The position numbers and the translations under genes were made by a program. This document shows, in pieces, positions 22,653-34,231 of a stretch of DNA of 64,000 bases. Location of the stretch: the NCBI GenBank assembly GCA_028277845.1, contig JANQFL010000094.1, forward strand, positions 26,791-90,790, read 5' to 3'. The DNA is from Sneathiellales bacterium (lineage in GTDB: Bacteria; Pseudomonadota; Alphaproteobacteria; JANQFL01). Every line of letters begins with the position of its first letter. Within the stretch, counting starts at the first letter, position 1. Under the pieces are notes generated by a model. The model was given only the letters and a program-made list of their open reading frames with translations, did not search any database and was not told the origin of the DNA.

Positions 22653-25073
22653 TTAATGTGTCACGACCCCGTCCAGATCGGATTCCGACTTTGCGCCGGC
22701 AACCTTGTCGACGTCCTCGCCTTCGGCATCGTCCTCGACCCACTCGATCGGAACGAGCGGACGAGTCAATGCCTGGTCGAGAACCTCATCAACGGTGGAC
22801 ACGGCAACGATTTCCAAACCCCGCTTCACGTTGTCGGGAATCTCCGCCAGATCTTTTTCATTGTCTTTTGGAATCAAGACTTTCTTGATGCCGCCGCGAT
22901 GGGCCGCGAGGAGTTTTTCCTTCAGTCCGCCGATGGGCAATACGCGCCCACGCAATGTGACCTCGCCGGTCATGGCAACATCCTTACGCACGGCAATTCC
23001 GGTCAATACCGACACGATCGACGTCACCATGCCGACACCTGCGGACGGTCCGTCCTTCGGCGTCGCCCCTTCGGGCACGTGGATGTGAATGTCGCGTTTG
23101 TCGAATACGGGCGGTTTGATTCCGAAGTCGATGGAGCGGGAACGTACGTAGGACGCCGCGGCCTGAATCGATTCCTGCATGACGTCACCCAGTTTGCCGG
23201 TAATCGTCATCTTGCCCTTGCCCGGCAGCATGACGGCTTCGATGGACAGCAATTCGCCGCCCACTTCCGTCCATGCCAGACCGGTGGTTACGCCGACCAG
23301 GTCTTCGAGTTCCGCTTCCCCGAACCGGAACCGGCGCACGCCGGCATACTTTTCGAGATTGCGGCTGGTGACTTTGACCGCCTTGGTCTTGCCGGTGAGG
23401 ATTTCCTTCACCGCCTTACGGGTCAGGTTGGCCAGTTCGCGCTCCAGATTACGTACGCCGGATTCACGGGTGTAGTACCGGATCAGATCCCGTAGCGCAC
23501 CGTCCGAGATCGACCATTCGCCCGTCTTCAGACCATGCCCCTTGACCTGCTTTTCCATCAGGTGGCGTTTGGCGATTTCGACCTTTTCGTCCTCGGTGTA
23601 ACCGCTGAGACGAATGATCTCCATGCGGTCCAACAACGGCCGGGCCATGTTCATGGTGTTGGCCGTGGTCACGAACATGACGTCGGAGAGGTCGTAGTCG
23701 ACTTCGAGATAATGGTCCTGGAACGTGCCGTTCTGTTCCGGATCGAGAACCTCGAGCAAGGCCGACGAAGGATCGCCGCGGAAGTCGGCGCCCAGTTTGT
23801 CGATCTCGTCGAGCAGGAACAACGGATTGCTCGTCTTGGCCTTTTTCATGCCCTGAATGACCTTGCCGGGCATGGATCCGATATAGGTCCTGCGGTGTCC
23901 GCGCACTTCGGCCTCGTCCCGCACGCCACCCAGGGACATGCGGACGAAATTCCGGCCGGTGGCCCGGGCAATGGACTTGCCAAGGCTGGTCTTACCGACA
24001 CCGGGCGGTCCGACCAGGCAGAGAATCGGGCCTTTCAGCTTGTTGGTCCGGGTTTGCACGGCGAGATATTCGAGGATCCGCTCCTTGACCTTCTCCAGAC
24101 CGTAATGGTCCTGATCGAGGATCTTGGCCGCGTTCTTGATGTCCTTCTTGATGCGGCTGCGCTTGCTCCACGGAATACCCAGCATCCAGTCGAGGTAATT
24201 GCGCACGACGGTGGCTTCGGCCGACATCGGGCTCATGTTGCGGAGCTTCTTCAGCTCGGCCATGGCCTTTTCGTTGGCTTCCTTGCTGAGTTTGGTTTCC
24301 TTGATGCGGTCTTCCAGCTCGCCGAGTTCGTCCTTGCCTTCCTCGGTCTCGCCCAGCTCCTTCTGAATGGCCTTGAGCTGTTCGTTCAGATAGTACTCGC
24401 GCTGGGTCTTCTCCATCTGCCGCTTGACCCGGCTACGGATCTTCTTCTCGACCTGCAGGACACCGATTTCGCCTTCCATCAGCGAATAGACCTTCTCCAG
24501 GCGTTCGGTCACGCTGGGCACTTCCAGCAGTTCCTGCTTCTCGGAAATCTTCAACGCCAGATGCGAGGCAACGGTATCGGCCAGCTTGGACGGGTCGTCG
24601 ATCTGGTTGAGCGAGACCAGCACTTCCGGCGGGACCTTGCGGTTCAGCTTCACGTACTGTTCGAAATGGGCCACGACGGAGCGGCCGAGGGCTTCCAGTT
24701 CCTCGTTCTGAACATCGGCTTCCTCGATCAGCGTCGCGTTGGCCTGGAAGAAGTCCTCGTTCTCGACATAGTCGACGATACGGGCCCGGCTGACGCCTTC
24801 GATCAGCACCTTGACCGTGCCATCCGGCAGTTTGAGCAACTGCAATACGGCCGCCACGGTACCGACGCCGTAAATGTCGTCCTGCCCGGGATCGTCGTCA
24901 CTGGCGTTCTTCTGTGCGACCAGGAGAATCTGCTTGTCCTCCTTCATCACGTCCTCGAGCGCCCGGACGGACTTCTCGCGTCCGACGAAAAGCGGAACGA
25001 TCATGTGCGGGAAAACCACGATATCCCGCAAAGGCAAAATCGGAAATACAGCCGTGTTTGTGGACTCTTGCAT
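22653..25073 (-). CDS. lon: Lon protease
   Basis: [26 protein letters not shown] (catalytic Ser), IGGLKEK. Confidence 0.98.
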   Translation of the reverse strand: MQESTNTAVFPILPLRDIVVFPHMIVPLFVGREKSVRALEDVMKEDKQILLVAQKNASDDDPGQDDIYGVGTVAAVLQLLKLPDGTVKVLIEGVSRARIVDYVENEDFFQANATLIEEADVQNEELEALGRSVVAHFEQYVKLNRKVPPEVLVSLNQIDDPSKLADTVASHLALKISEKQELLEVPSVTERLEKVYSLMEGEIGVLQVEKKIRSRVKRQMEKTQREYYLNEQLKAIQKELGETEEGKDELGELEDRIKETKLSKEANEKAMAELKKLRNMSPMSAEATVVRNYLDWMLGIPWSKRSRIKKDIKNAAKILDQDHYGLEKVKERILEYLAVQTRTNKLKGPILCLVGPPGVGKTSLGKSIARATGRNFVRMSLGGVRDEAEVRGHRRTYIGSMPGKVIQGMKKAKTSNPLFLLDEIDKLGADFRGDPSSALLEVLDPEQNGTFQDHYLEVDYDLSDVMFVTTANTMNMARPLLDRMEIIRLSGYTEDEKVEIAKRHLMEKQVKGHGLKTGEWSISDGALRDLIRYYTRESGVRNLERELANLTRKAVKEILTGKTKAVKVTSRNLEKYAGVRRFRFGEAELEDLVGVTTGLAWTEVGGELLSIEAVMLPGKGKMTITGKLGDVMQESIQAAASYVRSRSIDFGIKPPVFDKRDIHIHVPEGATPKDGPSAGVGMVTSIVSVLTGIAVRKDVAMTGEVTLRGRVLPIGGLKEKLLAAHRGGIKKVLIPKDNEKDLAEIPDNVKRGLEIVAVSTVDEVLDQALTRPLVPIEWVEDDAEGEDVDKVAGAKSESDLDGVVTH

Positions 25074-25170
25074 TTTTTTACTTCGCTATGGGCGCGATGG
25101 CGCGCCAGGAAAATCAATTGCTGAAGACCCGAATAGTCGACCGCAAGGTCTGAAGACATCACCAGTTACA

Positions 25171-25199
25171 ATCTGGCGCGCGGTTACGAGCCCTTCAAG
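25171..25199 (-). promoter_or_regulatory. Putative RpoH (sigma32) promoter of lon
   Basis: CTTGAA-N17-CCAGAT on the minus strand, matching the alphaproteobacterial RpoH consensus. Confidence 0.7.
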
Positions 25200-25222
25200 G
25201 GGGTGATCGTCGATCAATCGGA

Positions 25223-26491
25223 TCAAGCGCTGGTGCCGAGATCTTCGCGCTGCCGGTCGGCGTATATGTAGAGCGGCTGCGCACGTCCTTCGACGACTTC
25301 CTTGTTGATGACGATTTCCTCGACGCCATCCAGGCTGGGCAAATCGTACATGGAATCCAGCAGGATGTTTTCCATGATCGACCGCAGTCCTCGGGCACCG
25401 GTCTTGCGGGCGATGGCCCGGCCGGCCACGGCGCGCAAGGCGTCGTCCGAGAACGTCAGCTTGATGTCTTCCATGTCGTAGAGGCGCTGATACTGCTTCA
25501 CCAGGGCATTCTTCGGTTCGGACAGAATCTCGACAAGGGCTTCTTCGTTCAGATCCGACAGCGTGGCAATGACCGGCAGACGGCCGACGAATTCCGGGAT
25601 CAGGCCGAACTTGAGCAGGTCTTCCGGCTCGACGCTCTTGAGGATTTCACCGGTCTGGCGTTCGTCGGGCGCCCGGACATCGGCGCCGAAGCCGATGGAC
25701 GATCCCTTGCCGCGGCGAGAGATGATTTTCTCCAGGCCGGCGAACGCGCCGCCGACGATGAACAGGATATTCGTCGTATCGACCTGCAGGAACTCCTGCT
25801 GCGGATGCTTGCGGCCGCCCTGGGGCGGGACGCTGGCAACGGTGCCTTCCATGATCTTCAGCAAGGCCTGCTGCACGCCCTCCCCCGATACGTCACGGGT
25901 GATGGACGGGTTGTCGGACTTGCGGCTGATCTTGTCGACTTCGTCGATGTAGACGATGCCGCGCTGGGCCCGCTCAACATTGTAGTCGGCGGCCTGCAGT
26001 AGCTTGAGGATGATGTTCTCGACGTCTTCGCCGACGTAACCGGCTTCCGTCAGAGTCGTGGCGTCCGCCATGGTGAACGGCACATCGAGGATGCGGGCGA
26101 GAGTCTGGGCCAGCAGGGTCTTGCCGCAGCCGGTCGGGCCGATCAGCAGAATGTTCGACTTGGCCAACTCGACGTCGTTGTTCTTGTCGCCGTGGCTCAG
26201 CCGCTTGTAGTGGTTGTGCACGGCAACGGACAGAACGCGTTTGGCCAGTTCCTGGCCGACCACATAGTCGTTGAGGACACGGTTGATGTCGGCCGGGGTC
26301 GGAACGCCGTCGCGGGTCTTGACCAGGGCGCTCTTGTGCTCTTCACGGATGATATCCATGCAGAGCTCGACGCACTCGTCGCAGATAAACACGGTCGGCC
26401 CGGCAATGAGCTTGCGCACTTCGTGCTGACTCTTGCCGCAGAACGAGCAATACAACGTGTTTTTCGAGTCTCCGCCGCTAAGCTTGGTCAT
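25223..26491 (-). CDS. clpX: ATP-dependent Clp protease ATP-binding subunit ClpX
   Basis: CSFC...CDEC zinc finger, [15 protein letters not shown] loop; start at ATG 26491. Confidence 0.97.
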   Translation of the reverse strand: MTKLSGGDSKNTLYCSFCGKSQHEVRKLIAGPTVFICDECVELCMDIIREEHKSALVKTRDGVPTPADINRVLNDYVVGQELAKRVLSVAVHNHYKRLSHGDKNNDVELAKSNILLIGPTGCGKTLLAQTLARILDVPFTMADATTLTEAGYVGEDVENIILKLLQAADYNVERAQRGIVYIDEVDKISRKSDNPSITRDVSGEGVQQALLKIMEGTVASVPPQGGRKHPQQEFLQVDTTNILFIVGGAFAGLEKIISRRGKGSSIGFGADVRAPDERQTGEILKSVEPEDLLKFGLIPEFVGRLPVIATLSDLNEEALVEILSEPKNALVKQYQRLYDMEDIKLTFSDDALRAVAGRAIARKTGARGLRSIMENILLDSMYDLPSLDGVEEIVINKEVVEGRAQPLYIYADRQREDLGTSA

Positions 26492-26674
26492 GGGAACTCC
26501 GTTCTTCGACCGTTCCGCTATCGTATCCTTGGGCCCTACCGTGTAACAACCGAAAACTACATATGGCGGTTGTTCGGAAAAAATCACCCAGAAGTTGACA
26601 GGTTATCCGATCAATACCCTCGTTTATGCCAGAATACTAGCCTTTGCCCGCATAACATTTCGTAAACAATCAGG

Positions 26675-27340
26675 CTACTGCGAATCGTTATCCGACCCTT
26701 CCTGGCCGCCTTCATCATCATCTTCCGTCGGCGGGCGGTTTTCCACGACGTCGTCGATCAAACCGAACTCCTTGGCCGCCTCCGCCGTCATGAATGTATC
26801 GCGCTCCATGACTTTTTCGACGTCCGCAAGAGTACGGCCCGTATGGTTAACATAGATTTCGTTCAGCCGCTCGCGGGTTTCCAGGATATTGCGGGCGTGG
26901 ATTTCGATATCCGTCGCCTGCCCCTGATAGCCGCCGGAAGGCTGATGGGTCATGACCCGGGCGTTCGGCAGGGCAAAGCGCATACCCGCGGCGCCTGCCG
27001 TCAGCAGCAACGAGCCCATCGACGCGGCCTGGCCGATGCACAGGGTCGAAATTTTCGGCCGAACATACTGCATGGTGTCATAGATCGCCATGCCGGACGT
27101 CACGATTCCGCCCGGCGAATTGATATAAATGGCGATGTCCTTCTTCGGATTTTCCGCTTCCAGGAACAGCAGCTGGGCTGTCACCAGGCTGGCGACGTTG
27201 TCGTCGATGCCGCCCGTCACAAAAATGATTCGCTCCTTCAGCAGGCGCGAATAGATGTCGTAAGCCCGCTCGCCCCGGTTGGTCTGTTCGACCACCATGG
27301 GCACCAGGGTGTTCATGTACGTCTCGATGATATCGGCCAT
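26675..27340 (-). CDS. clpP: ATP-dependent Clp protease proteolytic subunit
   Basis: [25 protein letters not shown]. Confidence 0.97.
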   Translation of the reverse strand: MADIIETYMNTLVPMVVEQTNRGERAYDIYSRLLKERIIFVTGGIDDNVASLVTAQLLFLEAENPKKDIAIYINSPGGIVTSGMAIYDTMQYVRPKISTLCIGQAASMGSLLLTAGAAGMRFALPNARVMTHQPSGGYQGQATDIEIHARNILETRERLNEIYVNHTGRTLADVEKVMERDTFMTAEAAKEFGLIDDVVENRPPTEDDDEGGQEGSDNDSQ

Positions 27341-27468
27341 GTTTCGATCAATTCCGCTTTCAAATCAGGCTGGAAACGGTTTGTACCCGGCAAAGGTGAA
27401 CCGTTTCCCAATAAACGTCGTGAAGCTTTATATAGGGATTGCCGCCCCGGTCAAAACACCCGGCCGGC

Positions 27469-28917
27469 CTACTCGTCTGCTGTGTCGTCCTTCTTGGCCT
27501 TGGTTTTGGTGGTCTTGGCGGCTGCTTTCTTGGCGCCGGACTTGGCTGATTTGGATTTGGACTTCGGCTTGGCTTTGGCATCTTCCGACGCCTCCTCGTC
27601 CGGATCCTTCATCAGCTCCTCGCGGTTGACCGTCTTGTCGGTCACCTTCGCCATCTCGACGATGAAATCGACGACCTTGTCCTCGAAGATCGGCGCCCGC
27701 AGCTGATCGACCGCCTGTGGGTTTTTCTCGTAGAACTCCATGACCTGGCGTTCCTGGCCGGGATAGTTGCGGGCCTGTTCGAAGACCGCGCGCTGGAGTT
27801 CGTCCTGTTGGATCTCGATATTGTTGGCGCGCCCGACTTCGGCCAGCACCAGCCCGAGGCGGACACGGCGCTCGGCGATGGCCTGATATTCGGCCTTCAG
27901 TTCATCGTCCGACTTCTCGGCGTCGTCGTCTTCGCCGACGCCGCTCGCTTTGCGCTGTTCCTCGATCTGGCTCCATATGGCGTCGAACTCGCTCTTCACC
28001 ATGCCGTCCGGCACCGGGAAGTCGTGGCCGTCTTCCAGCTTGTCCAGCAGTTCCCGCTTCAGGCGGGCGCGGGAGAGATTGTTGTTCTCCTGCTCCATCT
28101 GCGGCTTGATGGCTTCGCGCAAGGCGGCCAGGTTTTCCAGGCCCATTTTGGTCGCCAGGTCGTCATCGATCGCGGCCTCGCTGGCCTCCTGGACTTCCTT
28201 GACGTCGACCTCGAACACGGCGTCCTTGCCGGCCAGTTCAGCCGCGCCGTAATCGTCGGGGAACGCGACCTTGACTTCGACCTGATCTCCGCCCTTGGCG
28301 CCGATCAACTGGTCTTCGAAGCCCGGAATGAACGTGTTGCTGCCCAGTTCGAGCTGGAAATCGGTGCCGGCGCCGCCTTCGAAGGCCTCGCCGTCCACCT
28401 TGCCGACAAAGTCGATGAGCAGGGCGTCACCAGCCTTGGATTTGCGGTTGCGGGCGACCTTGGTGAAGGATTTCTGGTGCTCTGCCAGCTGTTTCAGTGC
28501 CGCATCCACCTCGTCGTCCGTCACTTCGACCTTGAGCCGTTCGATTTCGAGCTTGGAAAAGTCCATGGGTTCGAAATCGGGCATGATCTCGACGCTCATG
28601 GTGTATTCCAGGTCGGTGCCTTCCTCGAACTTGGTGATTTCGATGGACGGCTGGGTGGCCGGACGCAGGTCGCGCTCCATGAGCGTCTGCTGCGAGGACG
28701 ACGTCACCGCCTCCTCGATCACTTCGCCGGTTACCGACGCGCCGAACCGCTTTTTCAGCAGGCCGACCGGGACCTTGCCCGGGCGAAAACCGGGGAGTTG
28801 CACCTGCTCGCTGAGGGTCTGGAGCTTCGAACTGATTTTCTCGTCGATTTCCTTCGCGGCCAATACGATCGTGTATTCGCGCTTGAGGCCTTCCGAGGCG
28901 GTTTCGGTAACTTGCAT
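27469..28917 (-). CDS. tig: Trigger factor, with a Lys/Ala-rich C-terminal tail
   Basis: GFRPGKVP ribosome-binding motif, FKBP domain FIPGFEDQL; start at ATG 28917. Confidence 0.96.
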   Translation of the reverse strand: MQVTETASEGLKREYTIVLAAKEIDEKISSKLQTLSEQVQLPGFRPGKVPVGLLKKRFGASVTGEVIEEAVTSSSQQTLMERDLRPATQPSIEITKFEEGTDLEYTMSVEIMPDFEPMDFSKLEIERLKVEVTDDEVDAALKQLAEHQKSFTKVARNRKSKAGDALLIDFVGKVDGEAFEGGAGTDFQLELGSNTFIPGFEDQLIGAKGGDQVEVKVAFPDDYGAAELAGKDAVFEVDVKEVQEASEAAIDDDLATKMGLENLAALREAIKPQMEQENNNLSRARLKRELLDKLEDGHDFPVPDGMVKSEFDAIWSQIEEQRKASGVGEDDDAEKSDDELKAEYQAIAERRVRLGLVLAEVGRANNIEIQQDELQRAVFEQARNYPGQERQVMEFYEKNPQAVDQLRAPIFEDKVVDFIVEMAKVTDKTVNREELMKDPDEEASEDAKAKPKSKSKSAKSGAKKAAAKTTKTKAKKDDTADE

Positions 28918-29002
28918 GAATGCCTTCGTTCTTTGTCGTCTGTGTTCCCTGGGCCGGAACCTTGAGCCGTCAGGCCGGTACCCGATCCGTTGCAATCCGC
29001 GA

Positions 29003-29089
29003 TGGTGCGGGCGGAGGGACTCGAACCCCCACGACAGTGAAGTCACCAGGACCTAAACCTGGCGCGTCTACCAGTTCCGCCACGCCCGC
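29003..29089 (-). tRNA. tRNA-Leu(TAG)
   Basis: GCGGGCGTGGCGGAACTGGTAGACGCGCCAGGTT-TAG-GTCCTGG, long variable arm, TTCGAGT, CCA. Confidence 0.97.
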
Positions 29090-29286
29090 GCGGCACGGGC
29101 CGTGAAATATGGGATTCCGCGGCCAATGTCACGAAGCCGCCTCTATAACACAACTATTTCTGCCAACACTAGAGCGCTTTTTGCCTGATTTTCAGGGGCA
29201 TGCGGATAGGTCGACCACTGTCGGCGGACAGTCCCGGGAGCGATCGGTCGCGGTTGGAGAGCAGTTGAAGAACAGGAGGCGGGAAA

Positions 29287-29562
29287 CTAGTGGGCCATCG
29301 CGGCCATGTCGGCCACGGGCGGGCGCTTGCCGGCGACTTCGGTGTACAGGCTGGAAAAGGATTCCAGCGCCAGCATCTTGGTGCCTTCGAATTCCTCCCG
29401 GTTGGGAGTCGAATAGGACACCCGGTAGCGCACATGGGGGATGCCGAATCCGTCATCGCCGATCCACAGCACTTCGACGCGCTCGATCATGTTACCGTTG
29501 TGGAGGCGCTCGTACCGCGCTCCCTCGGTAATCTCATTGGCTTTGGCTCGCTTAAAAAACAT
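29287..29562 (-). CDS. Small hypothetical protein (91 aa)
   Basis: MFFKRAK...DGFGIPHVRYRV...EGTKMLALESF; protein-like beta-rich pattern; start placed at ATG 29562. Confidence 0.65.
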   Translation of the reverse strand: MFFKRAKANEITEGARYERLHNGNMIERVEVLWIGDDGFGIPHVRYRVSYSTPNREEFEGTKMLALESFSSLYTEVAGKRPPVADMAAMAH

Positions 29563-29702
29563 TAAGATACGATCTCGGTCCCGGAGACATTCGTTCTTGC
29601 TACCGGTTCGCATCTTGCAGTTGAGTTGTAAAAGAAAGCTTAACTAAAACAATGGATTTAGAGCTATTTTCTGACACTTTTCCTTGAGCACGGAACCACT
29701 GC

Positions 29703-31112
29703 TCACAGACGCAGCAGCCGCTTGACGGCGGTCGAGGCCGCCACCTGCCCCTTGCCGCGGTAGGCTTCGTGGTTCGCCTCGATATCTTCCAGCTTGTACC
29801 GGTAGTTCACCATCATGCCCGCCGACTGCGTCATTCCGGCCTTGGATACATTGGCCCGCCAGTTGATCCGCTCCACCCGCGCCCCATTCGACAGATGGAA
29901 ATGACCGACCCGGTCACGGGCGTATTCATGGCGTTTTTCATTGAGCAGGTAATGCGCGCACAGACGGAGTAACGGTGCCTCCAGCAACGAGACCAGCGCT
30001 TCATCCTGTATCCAATCGGGCCGGGCCAGCACGTCTGTCAATTTTGTGTCATCTACGAGCTGGGCCAGTTTTTCGGCCTCGACCGGTTTGAGCAACTCGG
30101 CACCCCCCGCCTCTTCCGCCTCCGAAAGCCATTTCATGAAGCCGGGAATGGGCGACAAGGTGGCGAAATTCTTCAGGTTGTGGAAATGGCCGGTTAAATC
30201 ATCGACGACGCGTTTGATGAGGAAGTCCCCGAAACTGACCCCGGCCAAACCCCGCTGGCAGTTGGATATGGAGTAGAATATCGCCGTATCGGCCTTGTGC
30301 GGGTCTTCCGCCGGCATGGATTCGTCCAGCAGGGTGTGGATGTTGTCCGAAATGCCGGTCACCAGGGCAACCTCGACGAAAATCAACGGCTCGTCGGGCA
30401 TGCGGGGATGAAAGAAGGCAAAGCAACGCCGATCGGAATCCAATCGGTTCTTGAGGTCGTCCCACGACCGGATCTGGTGCACCGCCTCGTAGGCGATGAG
30501 CTTTTCCAGCAACGCGGCCGGCGACTGCCAGTGAATGCGTTGCAGGTTGAGAAAGCCGACGTCGAACCAGGTGGCCAGGAGCTGTTTCAAATCCCGGTCC
30601 ATGGCGGCCATGGCGGCATCGCCGCGCGCGAGGGGCAACAGATCGGCCCGCATTTCCACCAAAAACTTAATACCTTCCGGCAATCCGTTGAATTGCGTGA
30701 ATAATTTGATTCTTGGTGATTCGAGCGCCTGGCGCAACTCCGATTGTGCCCGGTCCCGCTCATCATCGTTGCCGGCCGACCGGTACGCCTCGATGGCGAT
30801 ATCCACGGTGCGCCGCTCCGTGCCGAGTTCGTTGGCGACGATGCGGAGAAATCGCTCACGCCCCAGGGCATTGAGCGCCAGATAGCCCCGCCCCAGATCG
30901 GCGGCCCGGGCCCGGGCGGAAACCTCGCCCCCCGTGCCGCTGACGCACAGTTCGATGCGCCGGCGCACCAGGTCCTGATCCGCCTCCGGTAGGTCGGGAT
31001 GCAAAATACCGGACAAGTCGCCGTCCTTGGCGGCACCGGCCACATCGCGCCAGGCGCGGCGCAGGCTCCATAGGGTGCGGTCAATCAGGTTGCTGTTGGA
31101 CATTTCATTCAT
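29703..31112 (-). CDS. Malonyl-CoA decarboxylase
   Basis: YEAVH, FYSISNCQ.GL.GVSFG.FLIK, TLSPIPGF, FHLSNGA, MVNYRY. Confidence 0.92.
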   Translation of the reverse strand: MNEMSNSNLIDRTLWSLRRAWRDVAGAAKDGDLSGILHPDLPEADQDLVRRRIELCVSGTGGEVSARARAADLGRGYLALNALGRERFLRIVANELGTERRTVDIAIEAYRSAGNDDERDRAQSELRQALESPRIKLFTQFNGLPEGIKFLVEMRADLLPLARGDAAMAAMDRDLKQLLATWFDVGFLNLQRIHWQSPAALLEKLIAYEAVHQIRSWDDLKNRLDSDRRCFAFFHPRMPDEPLIFVEVALVTGISDNIHTLLDESMPAEDPHKADTAIFYSISNCQRGLAGVSFGDFLIKRVVDDLTGHFHNLKNFATLSPIPGFMKWLSEAEEAGGAELLKPVEAEKLAQLVDDTKLTDVLARPDWIQDEALVSLLEAPLLRLCAHYLLNEKRHEYARDRVGHFHLSNGARVERINWRANVSKAGMTQSAGMMVNYRYKLEDIEANHEAYRGKGQVAASTAVKRLLRL

Positions 31113-31174
31113 AACGGGAACTCTGCAAGAGCCGCCACACGTTCGCAAGAGGCAATCCGTCGCGACGGTTTGGG

Positions 31175-32689
31175 TTACGCGGGATCAGATTGCAGCAAAT
31201 CCTTTAACATCATGAGTATCCCCGGCAGTTGATCCGGCAGGTCTTCGGCAATCAAGCCGGGGCCGAATGCCGAAGCGGCGGCGCCGTGCAGCCAGACGGC
31301 GGCGCAGGCGGCTTCGAACGGTGCCATGCCCTGAACCATCAGTCCCAGCACGAAGCCGGCCAGCACATCACCGGACCCTGCCGTCGCGAGGGTGGCAGGC
31401 GCGTTGTCATTGATTGCAACACGACCGTCGGGCGACGCGATCACGGTATCCGGTCCCTTGCGCACAATAACGGCGCCACTGCGCCGGGCCGCCGCGCGCG
31501 TACCGGCCAAGCGGTCCTCTTCGGTCAAGTCGGCGAACAAACGGGCGTATTCGCCGTCATGCGGGGTCATGACCGTGCTGGCGGAGACACGGTCGAACAA
31601 CTCCTCCGGTTCGTCCCCGAACACGGTCAACGCGTCGGCATCCAGCACCGCGGCCTTGCCGGTGTCCAGAAGCGCCACCGCACATTGCCTAGTCAGCGCG
31701 GTGACCCCGTGGCCGGGGCCGATCAGGAAGCCATGCCGCTTGCGGTCGGCGACAAAGGCCGTCAATTCGTCCACATGATTGTAAGGCTTGGTCATCACCG
31801 CGGTCAGGCCGGCCGCATACACCGGCAACGCGCCCGACGGGCAGGCCACCGTGACCAGCCCCGCCCCGGTCCGCAACGCCCCGCGCGCGGCCAACCTGGC
31901 GGCGCCGGTCATGGGCAATGCCCCGCCGCAAACGACACCATGTCCACGGGCATATTTATGGCCCTCGTCTCCCGGCCACGGAAACGCATCCAGCCAAAGG
32001 CCCGGGCCGTTTTTCCATTGCCGGGGCCGGATTTCGGACAGCACAGTCTCCGGAATGCCGATATCGACGACCAAGACCTCGCCACACCGGCCCCGCCCGG
32101 GGTACAGCAGATGGCCCGGCTTGGCCCGGAAAAACGTCACCGTCAGCGCGGCCTTGAACGCCGCGCCCATGACCTGGCCGGTCCCCCCATGAACGCCGCT
32201 CGGCACATCCACGGCGACGACCGGGATGGCATCGGCGGCGGCCCGTTCGATCAGGCCGGCAAGAAAGACCGGCACGTCACGGCCCAATCCGGCACCGAAT
32301 ACGGCGTCGACAATCAGTTCGGCGCCGCCGACGTCAACCGTTTCCAGTTCCTCGACCGGTCCTGCCCACCGTCCCGCCATGTGGGCGGCATCGCCCTTGA
32401 GGTTGGCGACCGGCCCCCACAGCGCAACCCGCACGGACCATCCGGCGTCCTGCAGCAGCCGGGCGATGACGAAACCGTCACCACCGTTGTTGCCGGGACC
32501 GCACAGGACAAAAACGTTTCTTGGCCGCCAGCGATCACAAATAGCCTCGGCGATACCGGCGCCGGCATTTTCCATGAGCACCTGCCCCGGCACGCCACCG
32601 TCGATGGTCAGGGAATCCGCCCGATACATCTCCTCGATGGTCAGCAGTGCCGCCGCATCGCGATCCGGCAGGTGGGAGGCACCGCTCAT
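31175..32689 (-). CDS. nnr: Bifunctional NAD(P)H-hydrate epimerase/dehydratase
   Basis: LMENAG, GPGNNGGDG, DVPSG, HKYARG, LATAGSGDVLAG. Confidence 0.93.
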   Translation of the reverse strand: MSGASHLPDRDAAALLTIEEMYRADSLTIDGGVPGQVLMENAGAGIAEAICDRWRPRNVFVLCGPGNNGGDGFVIARLLQDAGWSVRVALWGPVANLKGDAAHMAGRWAGPVEELETVDVGGAELIVDAVFGAGLGRDVPVFLAGLIERAAADAIPVVAVDVPSGVHGGTGQVMGAAFKAALTVTFFRAKPGHLLYPGRGRCGEVLVVDIGIPETVLSEIRPRQWKNGPGLWLDAFPWPGDEGHKYARGHGVVCGGALPMTGAARLAARGALRTGAGLVTVACPSGALPVYAAGLTAVMTKPYNHVDELTAFVADRKRHGFLIGPGHGVTALTRQCAVALLDTGKAAVLDADALTVFGDEPEELFDRVSASTVMTPHDGEYARLFADLTEEDRLAGTRAAARRSGAVIVRKGPDTVIASPDGRVAINDNAPATLATAGSGDVLAGFVLGLMVQGMAPFEAACAAVWLHGAAASAFGPGLIAEDLPDQLPGILMMLKDLLQSDPA

Positions 32690-34086
32690 GACAAGTTCGG
32701 TGTCTTATCCGCCCACGGCCGCACCTGTTCGAATGCCCGGGCCGCAAGCAGGACCAAGCCATCGGCGTGCATGGGACCGACAATCTGCAGTCCGGCCGGC
32801 AACCCATCGGAGGTGAAGCCGCATGGCACCGTCGCCGCCGGTTGCTGGGTCAGGTTGAAGGGATAACTGAACGGCGTCCAGTTGGTCCAATCTTCGCCAT
32901 CCGACCCTTCCGGTTCCAGCCGGCCGACACCGAACGCGGGCACGGCCAGCGAGGGCGTCAGCAACAGATCGAACCGCGTGTGGAATTCGCACATGGTTAC
33001 GCCGAGTTCGCCGCGCGCGTTGACCGCCGCAGTATATTCGAGCGAGGTGTATTCCCGTCCCTTGCGCACGATGTTGACCAACGGCGCGTCGACCAGGTCC
33101 AGTTCACTATCCGACAGTGCCCGCAATCCATTGGCCGCGCCCGCATACCATAGCGTGTGAAATATCGGCTGCGGGTTTTCGAAGCCGGGGTCAACCTGCT
33201 CCACATGCGCGCCCAGGTCCTCGAACGCCTTGACGGCTTTGTCCACAAGGCCCGCGATTTCCGGATGCACGTCGGCATAGCCCAAGTCGGGACTGTAGGC
33301 GATCCGCAGCCCTTTGATCCCGTCATCGAGGCCGTCCCTGTAGTCGGCGTTGTCATAGGGCAAGGAAAACCAATCGCGATGATCGGGCCTGGCCAGGACA
33401 CTCAGCATCAGCGCGCCATCCGTCACCGTGCGCGACATGGGTCCGACATGCGACAGCGTGCCGAAGGGACTGAGCGGATACGCCGGCACGCGACCAAAGC
33501 TCGGCTTGTGGCCGAAAATGCCGGTGAATCCCGCGGGAATACGGATCGAACCGCCGCCGTCGGTGCCGATCGCCAGCGGACCCATGCCCGCGGCGACCTG
33601 CGCGGAAGCACCACCGCTGGATCCGCCGGGCGTTTTCTCCAGGTTCCAGGGGTTCCGGGTGATACCGGTGCGCGGGCTGTCGGTGACGCCTTTCCAGCCG
33701 AACTCCGGCGTCGTCGTCTTGCCCAGCAGGACCGCGCCGGCCTCCTTCAATCGGGCCGTCACCGGTGCATCAACGTCCCAGTCCTGGTTCTTGTCGATGG
33801 TCAGCGATCCGCGCAGCGTCGGCCAGCCCGTGGTCAGCACCAGGTCCTTGATGGACACCGGCACCCCGTCCAAGGGACCAACCGGTGTACCGGCGTGCCA
33901 GCGCTCCTGTGACAACCGCGCCGAATTCATCGCAGCCTCGTGGTCGACGAGGCAGTAGGCGTTTATTTGCCCGTTTACGGCGTCAATCCGGCCGAGGACG
34001 GCGGAGGTCACGTCGACCGGCGACAAGTCGCCCGACCGGTAATTCTCGACCATCTCGGAAGCGGGCATATAGATCAATTCGTTCAT
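32686..34086 (-). CDS. Amidase-signature family amidase
   Basis: SIKD, TPGGSSGG, GTDGGGSIRIPA. Confidence 0.92.
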   Translation of the reverse strand: MNELIYMPASEMVENYRSGDLSPVDVTSAVLGRIDAVNGQINAYCLVDHEAAMNSARLSQERWHAGTPVGPLDGVPVSIKDLVLTTGWPTLRGSLTIDKNQDWDVDAPVTARLKEAGAVLLGKTTTPEFGWKGVTDSPRTGITRNPWNLEKTPGGSSGGASAQVAAGMGPLAIGTDGGGSIRIPAGFTGIFGHKPSFGRVPAYPLSPFGTLSHVGPMSRTVTDGALMLSVLARPDHRDWFSLPYDNADYRDGLDDGIKGLRIAYSPDLGYADVHPEIAGLVDKAVKAFEDLGAHVEQVDPGFENPQPIFHTLWYAGAANGLRALSDSELDLVDAPLVNIVRKGREYTSLEYTAAVNARGELGVTMCEFHTRFDLLLTPSLAVPAFGVGRLEPEGSDGEDWTNWTPFSYPFNLTQQPAATVPCGFTSDGLPAGLQIVGPMHADGLVLLAARAFEQVRPWADKTPNLS

Positions 34087-34231
34087 CGGCTGTCGTCCCT
34101 ACCATTGCCGCCATACCATGCGACGGTTATAACGCGATTTCGGGATGAGATCGAACAATCGCAGCGCGAGACGATCACAATCCCTTGGACTCGACCGGCT
34201 TCCCGCAACGTCTATCGAACGGTTCATTTTC

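Noticed and set aside
27469..27600. Histone-like Lys/Ala tail on trigger factor
   Set aside because: Such tails are common in alphaproteobacterial Tig and other proteins.
29169..29180. CTAGAGC resembling the MITE end
   Set aside because: Only 7 bp match and no partner inverted repeat was seen.
29552..29565. Possible CtrA box TTAA-N-TTAA
   Set aside because: The spacer is 6 nt rather than 7, and it overlaps a start codon.
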